A DNA stretch of 63,944 bases, filler included. It is 4 parts of 4 records of this genome, joined end to end, with 100 filler letters (N's around TTAATTAATTAA, not from the genome) between each part and the next. Parts side by side here need not be neighbours in the genome. Positions count along the whole stretch, not along the records: positions 44,262 to 58,812 come from SRR20825019_353; 3 more parts are not named here. One strand, written 5' to 3'. Below the pieces are notes generated by a model. The model was not told the DNA's origin. It did not search any database and saw nothing but the letters and a program-made list of their open reading frames with translations. How positions within the stretch are numbered: position 1 is the first letter of the stretch; each line of letters opens with the position of its first letter. Positions 44,263 to 53,549 of the stretch are shown here, one piece after another. Both the position numbers and the translations under genes were made by a program.

Positions 44263-45522
44263 GGCGGGCAGATCATGCCGCCCGTCATGGGCGCCGTGGC
44301 CTTCATCATGGCCGAAACGCTCAACGTTCCTTATGCCGCGATTGTGCAGGCTGCCATTGTGCCGGCCCTGCTCTACTTTGCCGTCTGTTTCTGGATGGTG
44401 CGCCTGGAAGCCGGAAGGCTCGGGCTCAAGGGTCTGCCCAAGGACAAGCTTCCCAATCCCTGGCAGGCGGTCAAGGAACAATGGCCCTTGATCCTGCCTC
44501 TTGCTGCGCTGATCTACCTGCTCCTGGCGGGCTATACGCCCGTCTTTGCCGGCACGATGGGCCTGGCGCTGGTCGTCGTCCTGATCCTGGGCACGCCGCT
44601 CGCCGCCCGTATCGGGCCAATGGCCTTTCGCGTGGTGTTCTGGATCGCGCTGGGTCTGGCAGCCGCCTCATTCGCCTGGGTCGGCGTCAATCTGCTGTTT
44701 GCCGTGATCGCCGGGCTGGTCCTGGCCTGCGCCTTGTTTAAGGGCGGTCGGGAAACGCTGGTCATTTGCCGCGATGCGCTGGCCCAGGGCGCACGCAATG
44801 CCCTGCCGGTCGGCGTGGCCTGTGCCGTGGTGGGCGTGGTGATCGGCACCCTGACGCTCACCGGCATTGCCTCCACCTTCATCAGCGCCATCATCAGCAT
44901 CGGAGAAAGCAATCTCTTCCTCTCGCTCGTCCTGACCATGCTGACCTGCCTTGTACTGGGCATGGGTATTCCCACCATCCCCAACTACATCATCACCTCC
45001 TCGCTGGCGGGGCCGGCCTTGCTTGAGCTGGGCGTGCCTCTGCTAGTCAGCCATATGTTCGTCTTCTATTTCGGCATCATGGCCGATCTCACCCCGCCGG
45101 TCGCATTGGCCTGCTTTGCGGCGGCCCCCATCGCCAAATCGAGCGGGCTCAAGATTTCGCTCAATGCCATCAAGCTGGCGGCGGCAGGATTTGTGATCCC
45201 CTTCATGGCTGTGTTCACGCCGTCCCTGATGCTGCAGGACGGTGGCTGGATGGCTGACGCGTTTGGCTACCCGGTGGAAGTCGCCTATGTGATCTTCAAG
45301 GCCTGTGTGGGCATCGGGCTGACCGGCGTCGGCCTGATCGGCTTCCTCTTTGTTCGAGCCGGGGTGCTGGAACGCATGGCTTTCCTTGCCGCCGGCATTA
45401 CGCTGATCCTGGCTCTGCCCTTGACCGATGAAATCGGCTTCGCCCTGGGATTTGGCCTTGTCGCTTTGCAGGTCTGGCGGGTGCGCAAGGCGCGTCAAAA
45501 TGTCGGGGGCCAACCGGTATGA
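44263..45522 (+). CDS. TRAP transporter fused 4TM/12TM permease (TAXI type), 5' partial
   Basis: GGQIMPPVMGAVAFIMAE, LGMGIPTIPNYII, ADLTPPVALA. Confidence 0.9.
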   Translation, partial: GGQIMPPVMGAVAFIMAETLNVPYAAIVQAAIVPALLYFAVCFWMVRLEAGRLGLKGLPKDKLPNPWQAVKEQWPLILPLAALIYLLLAGYTPVFAGTMGLALVVVLILGTPLAARIGPMAFRVVFWIALGLAAASFAWVGVNLLFAVIAGLVLACALFKGGRETLVICRDALAQGARNALPVGVACAVVGVVIGTLTLTGIASTFISAIISIGESNLFLSLVLTMLTCLVLGMGIPTIPNYIITSSLAGPALLELGVPLLVSHMFVFYFGIMADLTPPVALACFAAAPIAKSSGLKISLNAIKLAAAGFVIPFMAVFTPSLMLQDGGWMADAFGYPVEVAYVIFKACVGIGLTGVGLIGFLFVRAGVLERMAFLAAGITLILALPLTDEIGFALGFGLVALQVWRVRKARQNVGGQPV

Positions 45523-45893
45523 GCCTTTGCATCGCCGCAAGCGGGAAGCTTATCGCGCTTGCGGCGACCGCTTTTTCGCTCAACTGGACCCATTCGGTCG
45601 AAAAGACCATCTGGTCCGAAAACTGGATTGTCGAGGGTGGTGCGCTCCGGGTCGTTCAGGCAAGCGTCGAGGGCTCTGGTGCCGGGATCGAGCTTCCTGA
45701 CAATGCGGTGCTGCGAGGGAAGAGCTGGGTCTACACGCCCGACCTCGCCCCGGTCGAAAATCTGACTCTGGCGGCGTCTGGCGCGACTGTCTCACCCTGG
45801 ACCCTTTGCACTATCGATACCTGCATCGAGCTTGGTGCTGTGGCCGCAGACCCGGTAAAGATCTGGGTCGCAAAGACATGCACGGCCGGCTGA
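45519..45893 (+). CDS. DUF1850 family protein
   Basis: FSLNWTHSVEKTIWSENW, VEGSGAGIE; typical TAXI-TRAP neighbour. Confidence 0.8.
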   Translation: MSLCIAASGKLIALAATAFSLNWTHSVEKTIWSENWIVEGGALRVVQASVEGSGAGIELPDNAVLRGKSWVYTPDLAPVENLTLAASGATVSPWTLCTIDTCIELGAVAADPVKIWVAKTCTAG

Positions 45894-45986
45894 TGGAGCC
45901 TGCAAGCAGGTGTCTATGGCCACCATGCAGAAGGGCCACTGTCCACCGGCTTTGAGGTGCGGTCGCGCCGATTTGCTGAAAATGCG

Positions 45987-47372
45987 CTAAGCGTCTGCAG
46001 CGGGCGCCAGCGCGCCGGCAATGGTTGGGACCAGTTCAGCCACCGTGGGATGGATGTGCATGGTGTTGGTGAGGGCATCTGCCGTTGCCCCCATTTCGAT
46101 CATGTCCAGGATGGAATGGATCGCTTCATCGCCCCCCGTCCCGAATATGGCACCGCCAAGGATCGCGCGTGTGTCGGCGTCGACGACAATCTTCATCAGG
46201 CCTTGCGTCTCCCCTTTTTCGACGGCGCGTCCGACGCGGGTCATCGGGCGTTTGCCGATCAGGACCTTGTGTCCCTTGGCCAGAGCCTCGGTTTCCGAAA
46301 GCCCGGTCCGGCCCAGGGGCGGATCAATATAGAGACCGTAGCTCATGACGCGGTCCGAGACCTTGCGGGCGCCGCTATCGAGCAGGTTGGACGCAACAAT
46401 TTCATAGTCGTTATACGAGGTGTGGGTGAACGCGCCTTTCCCGTTGCAGTCTCCCAGCGCCCAGATGCCGGGGATGTTGGTTTCCAGGCGATCATTGACC
46501 CGGATAAAGCCGCGCTTGTCGAGCTCCACGCCGGTTTGCTCGAGGCCCAGATCGTCAGTATTTGGCCGACGGCCGACCGCCAGCAGGATGTGGGAACAGG
46601 CGATTTCGGGTTCGCCTGAGGTGCAATCCACCCCCACGACGAGGCCCGTCTCTGCGCGCGAAAAGTGGATGCATTCGGCATTGGTGCGCACCGCAATGCC
46701 TTCTGCTTCGAGTACCTCGCGGATCGCCTCGGAAATCTCCGGATCTTCCTTGCCGGCCAGATGCGAACCGCGCTCGACAATGGTGACACCAGACCCAAAG
46801 CGCCGGAACATCTGCGCAAATTCGAGGCCGATATAGCTGCCGCCGACAATCACCAGATGTTCGGGGCGTTGCTTTAGCCAGAACAGGTCCGAATTGGTCA
46901 GCACCTCGACCTGATCGAGGCCTGGCATGTCGGGAATGGCGGCACGGGCGCCGACATTGAGAAAGATCTGATCCGCCTCATAGCTGTCGCCGCCCACGCT
47001 GATGCGCTTGGGCCCGGTAAAGCGCGCATGGCCGCGCACCAGCGTCAGCCCGCTCATGCCGTCCAGCCAGCGTTCGACGCTGTTGCGGGACTTGGCGCTG
47101 ATGGCCATGGCGCGGCGCAGAACGGCGTCGAAGTCGACCGCCGGGGGCGCCCCGATGCTGATCCCGTATTCTTTTGCATGGGCAACCGAATGCGCGACCT
47201 TTGCGCTGGCCACCAAGGCCTTGGTCGGGGTGCAGCCCGTGTTCACGCAGGTGCCGCCGACCTGTTCGCGCTCGATCAGCGCTACGGTCTGGCCGGCCGC
47301 CGTTAACCGCGCCGCCAGGGGCGGGCCGGCCTGACCTGCACCAATGATGATCGCGTCGAAGGTCTTGGTCAT
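45987..47372 (-). CDS. Flavoprotein disulfide reductase (RclA/MerA-like class I)
   Basis: GAGQAG, redox disulfide GGTCVNTGCTPTK, GGSYIGLE, HIHPTVAE; no C-terminal Cys pair. Confidence 0.85.
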   Translation of the reverse strand: MTKTFDAIIIGAGQAGPPLAARLTAAGQTVALIEREQVGGTCVNTGCTPTKALVASAKVAHSVAHAKEYGISIGAPPAVDFDAVLRRAMAISAKSRNSVERWLDGMSGLTLVRGHARFTGPKRISVGGDSYEADQIFLNVGARAAIPDMPGLDQVEVLTNSDLFWLKQRPEHLVIVGGSYIGLEFAQMFRRFGSGVTIVERGSHLAGKEDPEISEAIREVLEAEGIAVRTNAECIHFSRAETGLVVGVDCTSGEPEIACSHILLAVGRRPNTDDLGLEQTGVELDKRGFIRVNDRLETNIPGIWALGDCNGKGAFTHTSYNDYEIVASNLLDSGARKVSDRVMSYGLYIDPPLGRTGLSETEALAKGHKVLIGKRPMTRVGRAVEKGETQGLMKIVVDADTRAILGGAIFGTGGDEAIHSILDMIEMGATADALTNTMHIHPTVAELVPTIAGALAPAADA

Positions 47373-47435
47373 GGCACATGGTCTCCTTGTCTGGGCCCCT
47401 TGCGAGGCCGCGCTGCATCAACGGTGCTGGCACAA

Positions 47436-48596
47436 TCAAAGGGGGGAGGGCATGGTTGCACGCTCGATCGCATCAAGCACCGCCACTCCAGCGGCCGAGC
47501 GCCCCGCAGATTTGAGCCAGCAAAGCCAGTATTGCATGTCAAATGCCAAAGGCAGAGGGATAGAGTGCAATTCCGGGCGGATCGAGGCGACCGACGCCAG
47601 CGGCAGGACGGAGACAAAGCCGTAATGCAGCACAAGGTTGAGAATGACCGGGATGGAATCGATCTCGAGCAGGTTCAGCCGGTCTCTTTCGGCGTCGCTG
47701 AAGGTCATGTCTAAGAGCGTGTCGATACGCAGCCGCAGCCCGCTGCGGTGACTGGGCAGGGCGATGGGCCGGTCCCGTAGCGCTGCGGCGATGTCCGTAC
47801 CCTTGGCACCCACAATGGCAAGGCCCGACGCGGCTATGGGCGCGCCCTCAAGATCCTCGGGCAATTTCTCGGTATCGAGCAGCACGACGTCGAAGGCGCC
47901 GCTTTTGAGCCCCCGCAACAGCTCCTCGGCCGTGGTGGAACTGATAAACAGCGGCTGCCTGGGGCGGGTCATGGCCCAGCTCGCCGTCAGCTTTGCCAAT
48001 TGGCGGGCGATCTCGCTTTCATAGCCAAGCGGCATGATCGAGCCCAGCCTGACGGTCGCCTGGGCGCGGCGAAACCGGTCCTCGGAGGTTCTCGAGATCT
48101 GCCCCCAGAGCTGCAGCAACCGGCTGCAATCGTCCCAGAGCCGTACCCCTGTCGCCGTCAGCATCGTACCGTCAGTGGCCCGCTCGAGCAGCCTGTGTCC
48201 AAGGGCGGCCTCGAGATGGGCCAATTGCCTGGACAATTGGGGCTGTCCCAGCATCATGGCCCGCGCTGCCTGCCGGATGGACCCGCGTTCGGCCACTTCA
48301 ACAAATCGTCCCAGCGCTTGCAGTCTGACGGTGGATGCGAAAGGATCGGTTCCAACGGCGTAGAGGCGGCGCGCCAGTTGGGCGGCTTCCGCGATTAATG
48401 GTGCGAGACGATTGGCTTCGAGGGTAAAGGCCAGTCCGGAGCCGGCCCGCTGGCAGAGACTGGTCGACAGCGCGCTTTCGCAGCGCGCCAATGCTGCAGC
48501 GATGCTCGATGCGGGGCGTCCGGAAAGCCGCGCTGCGCCGCGCAGACTACGCTGGTTCAAAACAATATCGACCAGGAGCAAGGTCGAAGTGTCCAT
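47436..48596 (-). CDS. LysR-family regulator with two tandem HTH domains
   Basis: HTH1 RSLRGAARLSGRPASSIAAALARCE and HTH2 GSIRQAARAMMLGQPQLSRQLAHLE, then an effector domain; AAGAGG RBS before ATG 48596. Confidence 0.85.
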   Translation of the reverse strand: MDTSTLLLVDIVLNQRSLRGAARLSGRPASSIAAALARCESALSTSLCQRAGSGLAFTLEANRLAPLIAEAAQLARRLYAVGTDPFASTVRLQALGRFVEVAERGSIRQAARAMMLGQPQLSRQLAHLEAALGHRLLERATDGTMLTATGVRLWDDCSRLLQLWGQISRTSEDRFRRAQATVRLGSIMPLGYESEIARQLAKLTASWAMTRPRQPLFISSTTAEELLRGLKSGAFDVVLLDTEKLPEDLEGAPIAASGLAIVGAKGTDIAAALRDRPIALPSHRSGLRLRIDTLLDMTFSDAERDRLNLLEIDSIPVILNLVLHYGFVSVLPLASVASIRPELHSIPLPLAFDMQYWLCWLKSAGRSAAGVAVLDAIERATMPSPL

Positions 48597-48641
48597 CTCG
48601 ATGCCTCTTTGTTGAGCACTCAGTCGGCGTGCCCACAGATA

Positions 48642-48674
48642 GAACATAGCCTGTTCAGCTTTTGGGATATCCCA
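48642..48674. promoter_or_regulatory. Inverted repeats in the divergent LysR/lyase promoter region
   Basis: GAACA-N5-TGTTC at 48642-48656 and perfect palindrome TGGGATATCCCA at 48663-48674. Confidence 0.45.
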
Positions 48675-48724
48675 TGAATATGAAATTTCCAATAGCGTCG
48701 TCCTTGCAGGGAGACCCGGACGAC

Positions 48725-50308
48725 GTGAACGCGCAAATCGCCATACCGACCGACACCATCCGGCTTGAAGGCAAGCCGCTCAGCTTTGCCGATTTTGTGC
48801 GGATTGGGTCGCGTAGAGCATTGATCGTGCCGGAGGCCGCCGCGCTTGAGCGCGTCCACAAGGCCCGCCAGGTCATGGAAGAGGCCATCAGTTCCGGGCA
48901 GCCGGTTTATGGTGCCACCACCGGCGTGGGGGCGATGAAGGACATTTCCTGGTCCGAGGAAGAGCTTGACGCCTTCAGTACGGGTCTTGTGCGCGCCCAC
49001 CATTTTGGTACGGGCAGCGCCTTTCCGCTCGAGGTGGTCCGCAACGCCCTGGCGATCCGGATCAATATGGCATTGACCGGGCGCGTCGGGTGCACACCCG
49101 AGCTGGTCTCGGCCTTTCAGAGGCTGCTTGACGCGGACGTCATCCCGGTCGTGCGCCGTACCGGCTCGATTGGTTGTGCCGATATTGGATTGATGGGGCA
49201 GATCGGCGCTGTGTTGACCGGGGTGGGGGAAGCCTATCATTCAGGCGAGCGTCTGCCGGCCGCCGAAGCCATGGCGCGCGCCGGCCTCAAGCCGTTCAAG
49301 CTGGCACCGCGCGACAGTCTCGCTTCGGTCTCGACCAATGCCGTCGGCTATGCGGCCGCCATGCGGGCCATCCGTCAGGCGGCCACTACGGTGCGCGTGC
49401 TGCTGGCCACGGGCCTCACCACGGCCGGGGCGCTGGGCGCCTCGCGCGATCCCTGGAAAGCGGTGGCCCATGTCGGCACCGAGCGCGAGGCCGGTGTCGG
49501 TGCCTGGCTCTATTTCAACGCCATGGGCTGGGACTGGCCCACGGGCACGCATGTCCAGGATCCGCTCTCGATCCGCATGATGAGCCAGGTGTTTGCCACC
49601 GCCTTTGAAAGCCTGACGGTTGCCGGCCGCACGGTTCTGGCTGCGACGGGCCGCACCGACGACAATCCGGTGGTCGCCGGCGGCCAGGTGCTCACCTCCG
49701 GTGGTTCGCTGCCGCTCGATGTCACCGTGTTCCTGCAAACCGCCCAGCTGGCGCTGGCCCATGTGGCGCGCAATTCCTTCAATCGCTGCGTGCTTCTGGG
49801 CAATGGCGGGCGACGGGATCTGCCGGTCAACCTGGTGGCGCCGGGAGCGATCGCAACCGGGTTCGGGCCGATCATCAAGCTGGCGGGTGAATTGTACGTG
49901 CGCTGCCTGTCGCTCTCGAATGCGATTTCCGCGCAGTCTCTCGTGGTCGCCAATGGTCTTGAAGACGAGGCAGCCTTTCTCCCGCTGGTCGTCGAGCGGT
50001 TCGAGCGGCAGGCGGGGGCCCTGCGGCGCCTCGCAGCTCTTGAAGGTCTGCTCGCCGCCCAGGCCATGGACATTTCGGGTGACACGCCGGGCAATGTGCC
50101 CGGCATGGTCTATGATCTGGTGCGCCGGCACGCGGCCTTCTATCGCGAGGACCGTCCGCTCTCGGCCGAAGTCGAGGCAGTGGAGGCGGCCCTGGCGTCC
50201 GATGACTTTGTTGGCGAACTGATTTCACATTCCGCCATTATGGAGTTGGACGAGTATTTTGCACTCGGCCCGCAAACTGGGAATGAAACGACCACTGTCA
50301 CGAATTGA
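48725..50308 (+). CDS. HAL/PAL-family lyase lacking the MIO tripeptide (ergothionase-like)
   Basis: VYGATTGVGAMKD; GSIGCADI in place of GSVGASGDL; QDPLSIR; DDNP. Probable GTG start 48725 after GGGAG (alternatives 48674/48680). Confidence 0.78.
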   Translation: MNAQIAIPTDTIRLEGKPLSFADFVRIGSRRALIVPEAAALERVHKARQVMEEAISSGQPVYGATTGVGAMKDISWSEEELDAFSTGLVRAHHFGTGSAFPLEVVRNALAIRINMALTGRVGCTPELVSAFQRLLDADVIPVVRRTGSIGCADIGLMGQIGAVLTGVGEAYHSGERLPAAEAMARAGLKPFKLAPRDSLASVSTNAVGYAAAMRAIRQAATTVRVLLATGLTTAGALGASRDPWKAVAHVGTEREAGVGAWLYFNAMGWDWPTGTHVQDPLSIRMMSQVFATAFESLTVAGRTVLAATGRTDDNPVVAGGQVLTSGGSLPLDVTVFLQTAQLALAHVARNSFNRCVLLGNGGRRDLPVNLVAPGAIATGFGPIIKLAGELYVRCLSLSNAISAQSLVVANGLEDEAAFLPLVVERFERQAGALRRLAALEGLLAAQAMDISGDTPGNVPGMVYDLVRRHAAFYREDRPLSAEVEAVEAALASDDFVGELISHSAIMELDEYFALGPQTGNETTTVTN

Positions 50309-50363
50309 CAGTGCTTACAGGGTAGGGACAGCCGGAATTTTCCGGCTCACAAAGGAGAGAGTC

Positions 50364-51275
50364 ATGCGCCTAACGAAAACGCTATTGAGTGCGGCGACCG
50401 CACTCGCATTGACCATGACTGCCGCGCAGGCACAGGTGGTCGTTTCGTCCAAGATCGACACGGAAGGCGGTGTGCTTGGCAACATCATCAAGCAGGTGCT
50501 CGAAGCCAACGATATCGCGGTCGAAGACCGGATCCAGCTCGGTGGCACGCCGATCGTGCGCGAAGCCATCACTGCGGGCGAGATCGACATCTATCCCGAA
50601 TATACCGGCAACGCGGCCTTCTTTTTCGAACGGGCCGATGATCCGCTCTGGAACAATGCACAGTCGGCCTATGAAGAGGCCAAAAAGCTCGATTACGACG
50701 CCAACCAGATCGTCTGGCTGACCCCGTCGCCCGCCAACAACACCTGGGCCGTGGCCATCCGTCAGGACGTGGCCGAGGCCAATGGCCTGGATACCTTCAC
50801 CCAGTTCGGTGAATATGTCGCCGGCGGTGGCGAAGTGGTGCTGGCGGCCTCTGCCGAGTTCGTGAACTCGCCGGCCGCTTTGCCCAAATTCCAGGAAGTC
50901 TATGGCTTCACGCTCTCGCCCGACCAGTTGATCACCCTTTCGGGTGGCGACACCGCAGCCACCATCGCGGCTGCCGCACAGGGCACCAATGGCGCCAACG
51001 CGGCCATGGTCTATGGCACGGACGGCGGCATCGCGCCTTCCGGGCTCAAGGTGCTCGAGGACGATCAGGGCGTGCAGCCGGTCTATCAGCCCGCCCCGAT
51101 CATTCGTGAAGAGGTTCTTGCCGAATACCCGCAGATCGAAGAGCTGCTGGCGCCGGTCTTTGAGGCGCTGACGCTCGAAACCCTGCAGGAGCTCAATGGC
51201 CGGGTGCAGGTTGGCGGCGAGGCGGCGTCCAGCGTGGCCACCGACTTCCTGACAACCAACGGCTTCCTGAGCTGA
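50364..51275 (+). CDS. osmF: ABC substrate-binding protein, OsmF/YehZ (quaternary amine) family
   Basis: Signal peptide, SSKIDTEG, IDIYPEYTG, NNTWA, VYGTDG, QPVYQPAP; AAGGAGA RBS before ATG 50364. Confidence 0.88.
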   Translation: MRLTKTLLSAATALALTMTAAQAQVVVSSKIDTEGGVLGNIIKQVLEANDIAVEDRIQLGGTPIVREAITAGEIDIYPEYTGNAAFFFERADDPLWNNAQSAYEEAKKLDYDANQIVWLTPSPANNTWAVAIRQDVAEANGLDTFTQFGEYVAGGGEVVLAASAEFVNSPAALPKFQEVYGFTLSPDQLITLSGGDTAATIAAAAQGTNGANAAMVYGTDGGIAPSGLKVLEDDQGVQPVYQPAPIIREEVLAEYPQIEELLAPVFEALTLETLQELNGRVQVGGEAASSVATDFLTTNGFLS

Positions 51276-51281
51276 GCCCAG

Positions 51282-51349
51282 GGCCTTCGCCACTGGCGGA
51301 GGCCATGCCCGCCGGGGTGGCGGCGCCAAACGCTCGTCACCCCACCGGC
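51282..51349 (+). other. Two GC-rich stem-loops between the binding protein and permease genes
   Basis: GGCCTTCGCC-ACT-GGCGGAGGCC and GGGGTGGCG...CGTCACCCC; no U-tract. Confidence 0.4.
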
Positions 51350-51429
51350 CGCGGACAGCCTCGGAATGCCGGGGCAATCCAGACAGCGTCCAGGTGACGC
51401 TTTGCCTGCCACGAGGAGCGAGGGCGCGC

Positions 51430-52620
51430 ATGACGACCGCCGATACCACGGGCCAAAGCCGTGCCGCATGGCCGGCCTTCGACAAGCTCGGTGTGCTGAT
51501 CGCCCTGATCGCCGCCGCAGGGGCCTTCCTGCCCTTTGCTGTCTTCCGCGCCAATCGCATCGTTCTGGGCGAAGGGCTGCTGGTCCCATCCGCCCTCAAT
51601 ATGCCATCGGCGATCCTGCTCGGTCTCGTCATCCTCATCGGCATCGGGACAATGCTTCTGCGCGTCAATCCTTTCGCCAAGCTCGGTGTCGGCTTCCTGG
51701 TGCTGGCCACGCTCCTGGTCCTGATCGGCCAGTCCGCGACGTTTCTGACGCCCCCTGACAATACCTTCGCGCGGGTGTCGCCCGGCGCCGGGTTCTGGCT
51801 TCTGATCTTTGCCTTCGCGCTGATGGTCACCGATGCGTTGACTCGCCTCCGGTTCGGGCCATTGCAGCGTATCGGCATTCTCGCCGCGGTTGGCGCGGCG
51901 ATGGCAGCGCTGCTCTGGAGTGGCGCCTGGAACGATCTGTCGATCCTCAAGGAATTCGCCAATCGCGCGCCGGCTTTCTGGGCCGAAGCCCGTACCCATC
52001 TGCTTCTGGCCTTCGGGTCGGTCGCCATCGCCATCATTGCCGGCGTGCCACTGGGCATTCTGCTCTACCGGGTCAAACCGCTGCGCGCCGCCGTGCTCAA
52101 TACCCTCAATATCGTCCAGACCATCCCCTCGATCGCGCTGTTCGGGCTGCTGATCGCCCCGCTGGCCTGGGTTGCCGCCAATGTGCCGGGCGCATCGGCC
52201 GTCGGCATTTCGGGCATCGGCATCGCCCCGGCCATGGTGGCGCTCTTTGCCTATTCGCTGCTGCCCATCGTTTCGAACACCGTGGTGGGCCTGGTCAACG
52301 TGCCCGAGGCTGCCAACGATGCGGCGCGGGGCATGGGCATGACCAATCGGCAGCGCCTGTTTTCGGTGGAGCTGCCGCTGGCCTTTCCCGTCATCCTCAC
52401 CGGCATTCGCATCGTGCTGGTCCAGAATATTGGCCTCGCCACCATCGCCGCGCTGATCGGCGGCGGCGGCTTCGGCGTCTTTGTGTTCCAGGGCATCGGC
52501 CAGACCGCCATGGATCTGGTGCTGCTGGGCGCCGTGCCCACCGTGGCCCTGGCCTTTGCGGCTGCCGTCATCCTCGATGCCTTTGTCGAAATGGTCAGCA
52601 CCAGGGAGCGTGCCCAATGA
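51430..52620 (+). CDS. ABC permease (YehY-like)
   Basis: QTIPSIALFG, DAARGMGMT..QRLFSVELPLA. Confidence 0.88.
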   Translation: MTTADTTGQSRAAWPAFDKLGVLIALIAAAGAFLPFAVFRANRIVLGEGLLVPSALNMPSAILLGLVILIGIGTMLLRVNPFAKLGVGFLVLATLLVLIGQSATFLTPPDNTFARVSPGAGFWLLIFAFALMVTDALTRLRFGPLQRIGILAAVGAAMAALLWSGAWNDLSILKEFANRAPAFWAEARTHLLLAFGSVAIAIIAGVPLGILLYRVKPLRAAVLNTLNIVQTIPSIALFGLLIAPLAWVAANVPGASAVGISGIGIAPAMVALFAYSLLPIVSNTVVGLVNVPEAANDAARGMGMTNRQRLFSVELPLAFPVILTGIRIVLVQNIGLATIAALIGGGGFGVFVFQGIGQTAMDLVLLGAVPTVALAFAAAVILDAFVEMVSTRERAQ

Positions 52621-53549
52621 TCGAAATCCAGGAGCTGACCAAGGTCTATGGCGAGACGACGGTGGTCGACAGGGTCTCCCTGACCATCAACGCCGGCGAG
52701 CTGTGCGCGATTGTGGGCACGTCCGGTTCGGGCAAGACCACGCTGATGCGCATGGTCAACCGGCTGGTCGAGCCGACCTCGGGCAAGGTGCTGATTGACG
52801 GACAGGATACGCGCGACGTTCCCGCCTATGAATTGCGCCGCCGCATCGGCTACGCCATCCAGGGCCATGGCCTGTTTCCCCACCGCACCGTGGGGCAGAA
52901 TATCGGCACCGTGCCCCATCTGCTCGGCTGGGAAGCCTCGCGGATTTCGGCGCGGATCGATGAATTGCTCTCGCTGTTCCAGCTCGATCCGGCCCGGTTT
53001 CGTGACCGTATGCCCAATGAATTGTCGGGTGGTCAGCAGCAGCGCGTCGGTGTGGCGCGCGCCTTGGCGGCCGAACCCAATATCCTCCTGATGGACGAAC
53101 CCTTTGGCGCGCTCGACCCGGTCATCCGCTCCAAGGCCCAGGACGATTTGCTCGCCATCCAGAAGCGGTTCAACACCACAGTGGTGCTGGTGACCCACGA
53201 CATGGAAGAGGCCATCCACCTGGGCAGCCGCATCGCCGTCATGGATGGCGGCAAGCTGCTGCAATACGCGACGCCTGAGGACATCATCGCCAATCCGGCC
53301 ACCGATTTTGTCGCTGAACTCATCGGCGGCGACCGGCCCTTCCGCATGCTCTCGCTGGCAAAGGTGCTCTCCCTGGTTGAGCCCGGTGACGCTGCGGGTG
53401 AACCGATCTCCGCCAGCGCCAGCCTGAGAGAGGCCTATGCCGAATGTCTCTGGTCGGGGCGGGAAGCCTTGCCAGTCATTGAGGACGGTAAGCTGGTCGG
53501 CCGTATCAGCCGCGCCGAGCTGGCCAGACGCGCCGTGAGGCCGTCATGA
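52617..53549 (+). CDS. ABC ATP-binding protein (YehX/OpuCA-like)
   Basis: GTSGSGKT, LSGGQQQRV, LLMDEPFGALD, C-terminal CBS-like segment. Confidence 0.92.
   Translation: MIEIQELTKVYGETTVVDRVSLTINAGELCAIVGTSGSGKTTLMRMVNRLVEPTSGKVLIDGQDTRDVPAYELRRRIGYAIQGHGLFPHRTVGQNIGTVPHLLGWEASRISARIDELLSLFQLDPARFRDRMPNELSGGQQQRVGVARALAAEPNILLMDEPFGALDPVIRSKAQDDLLAIQKRFNTTVVLVTHDMEEAIHLGSRIAVMDGGKLLQYATPEDIIANPATDFVAELIGGDRPFRMLSLAKVLSLVEPGDAAGEPISASASLREAYAECLWSGREALPVIEDGKLVGRISRAELARRAVRPS

Noticed and set aside
45987-47372. Mercuric reductase merA
   Set aside because: No C-terminal Cys pair, no N-terminal metal-binding domain, and no merR/T/P nearby.
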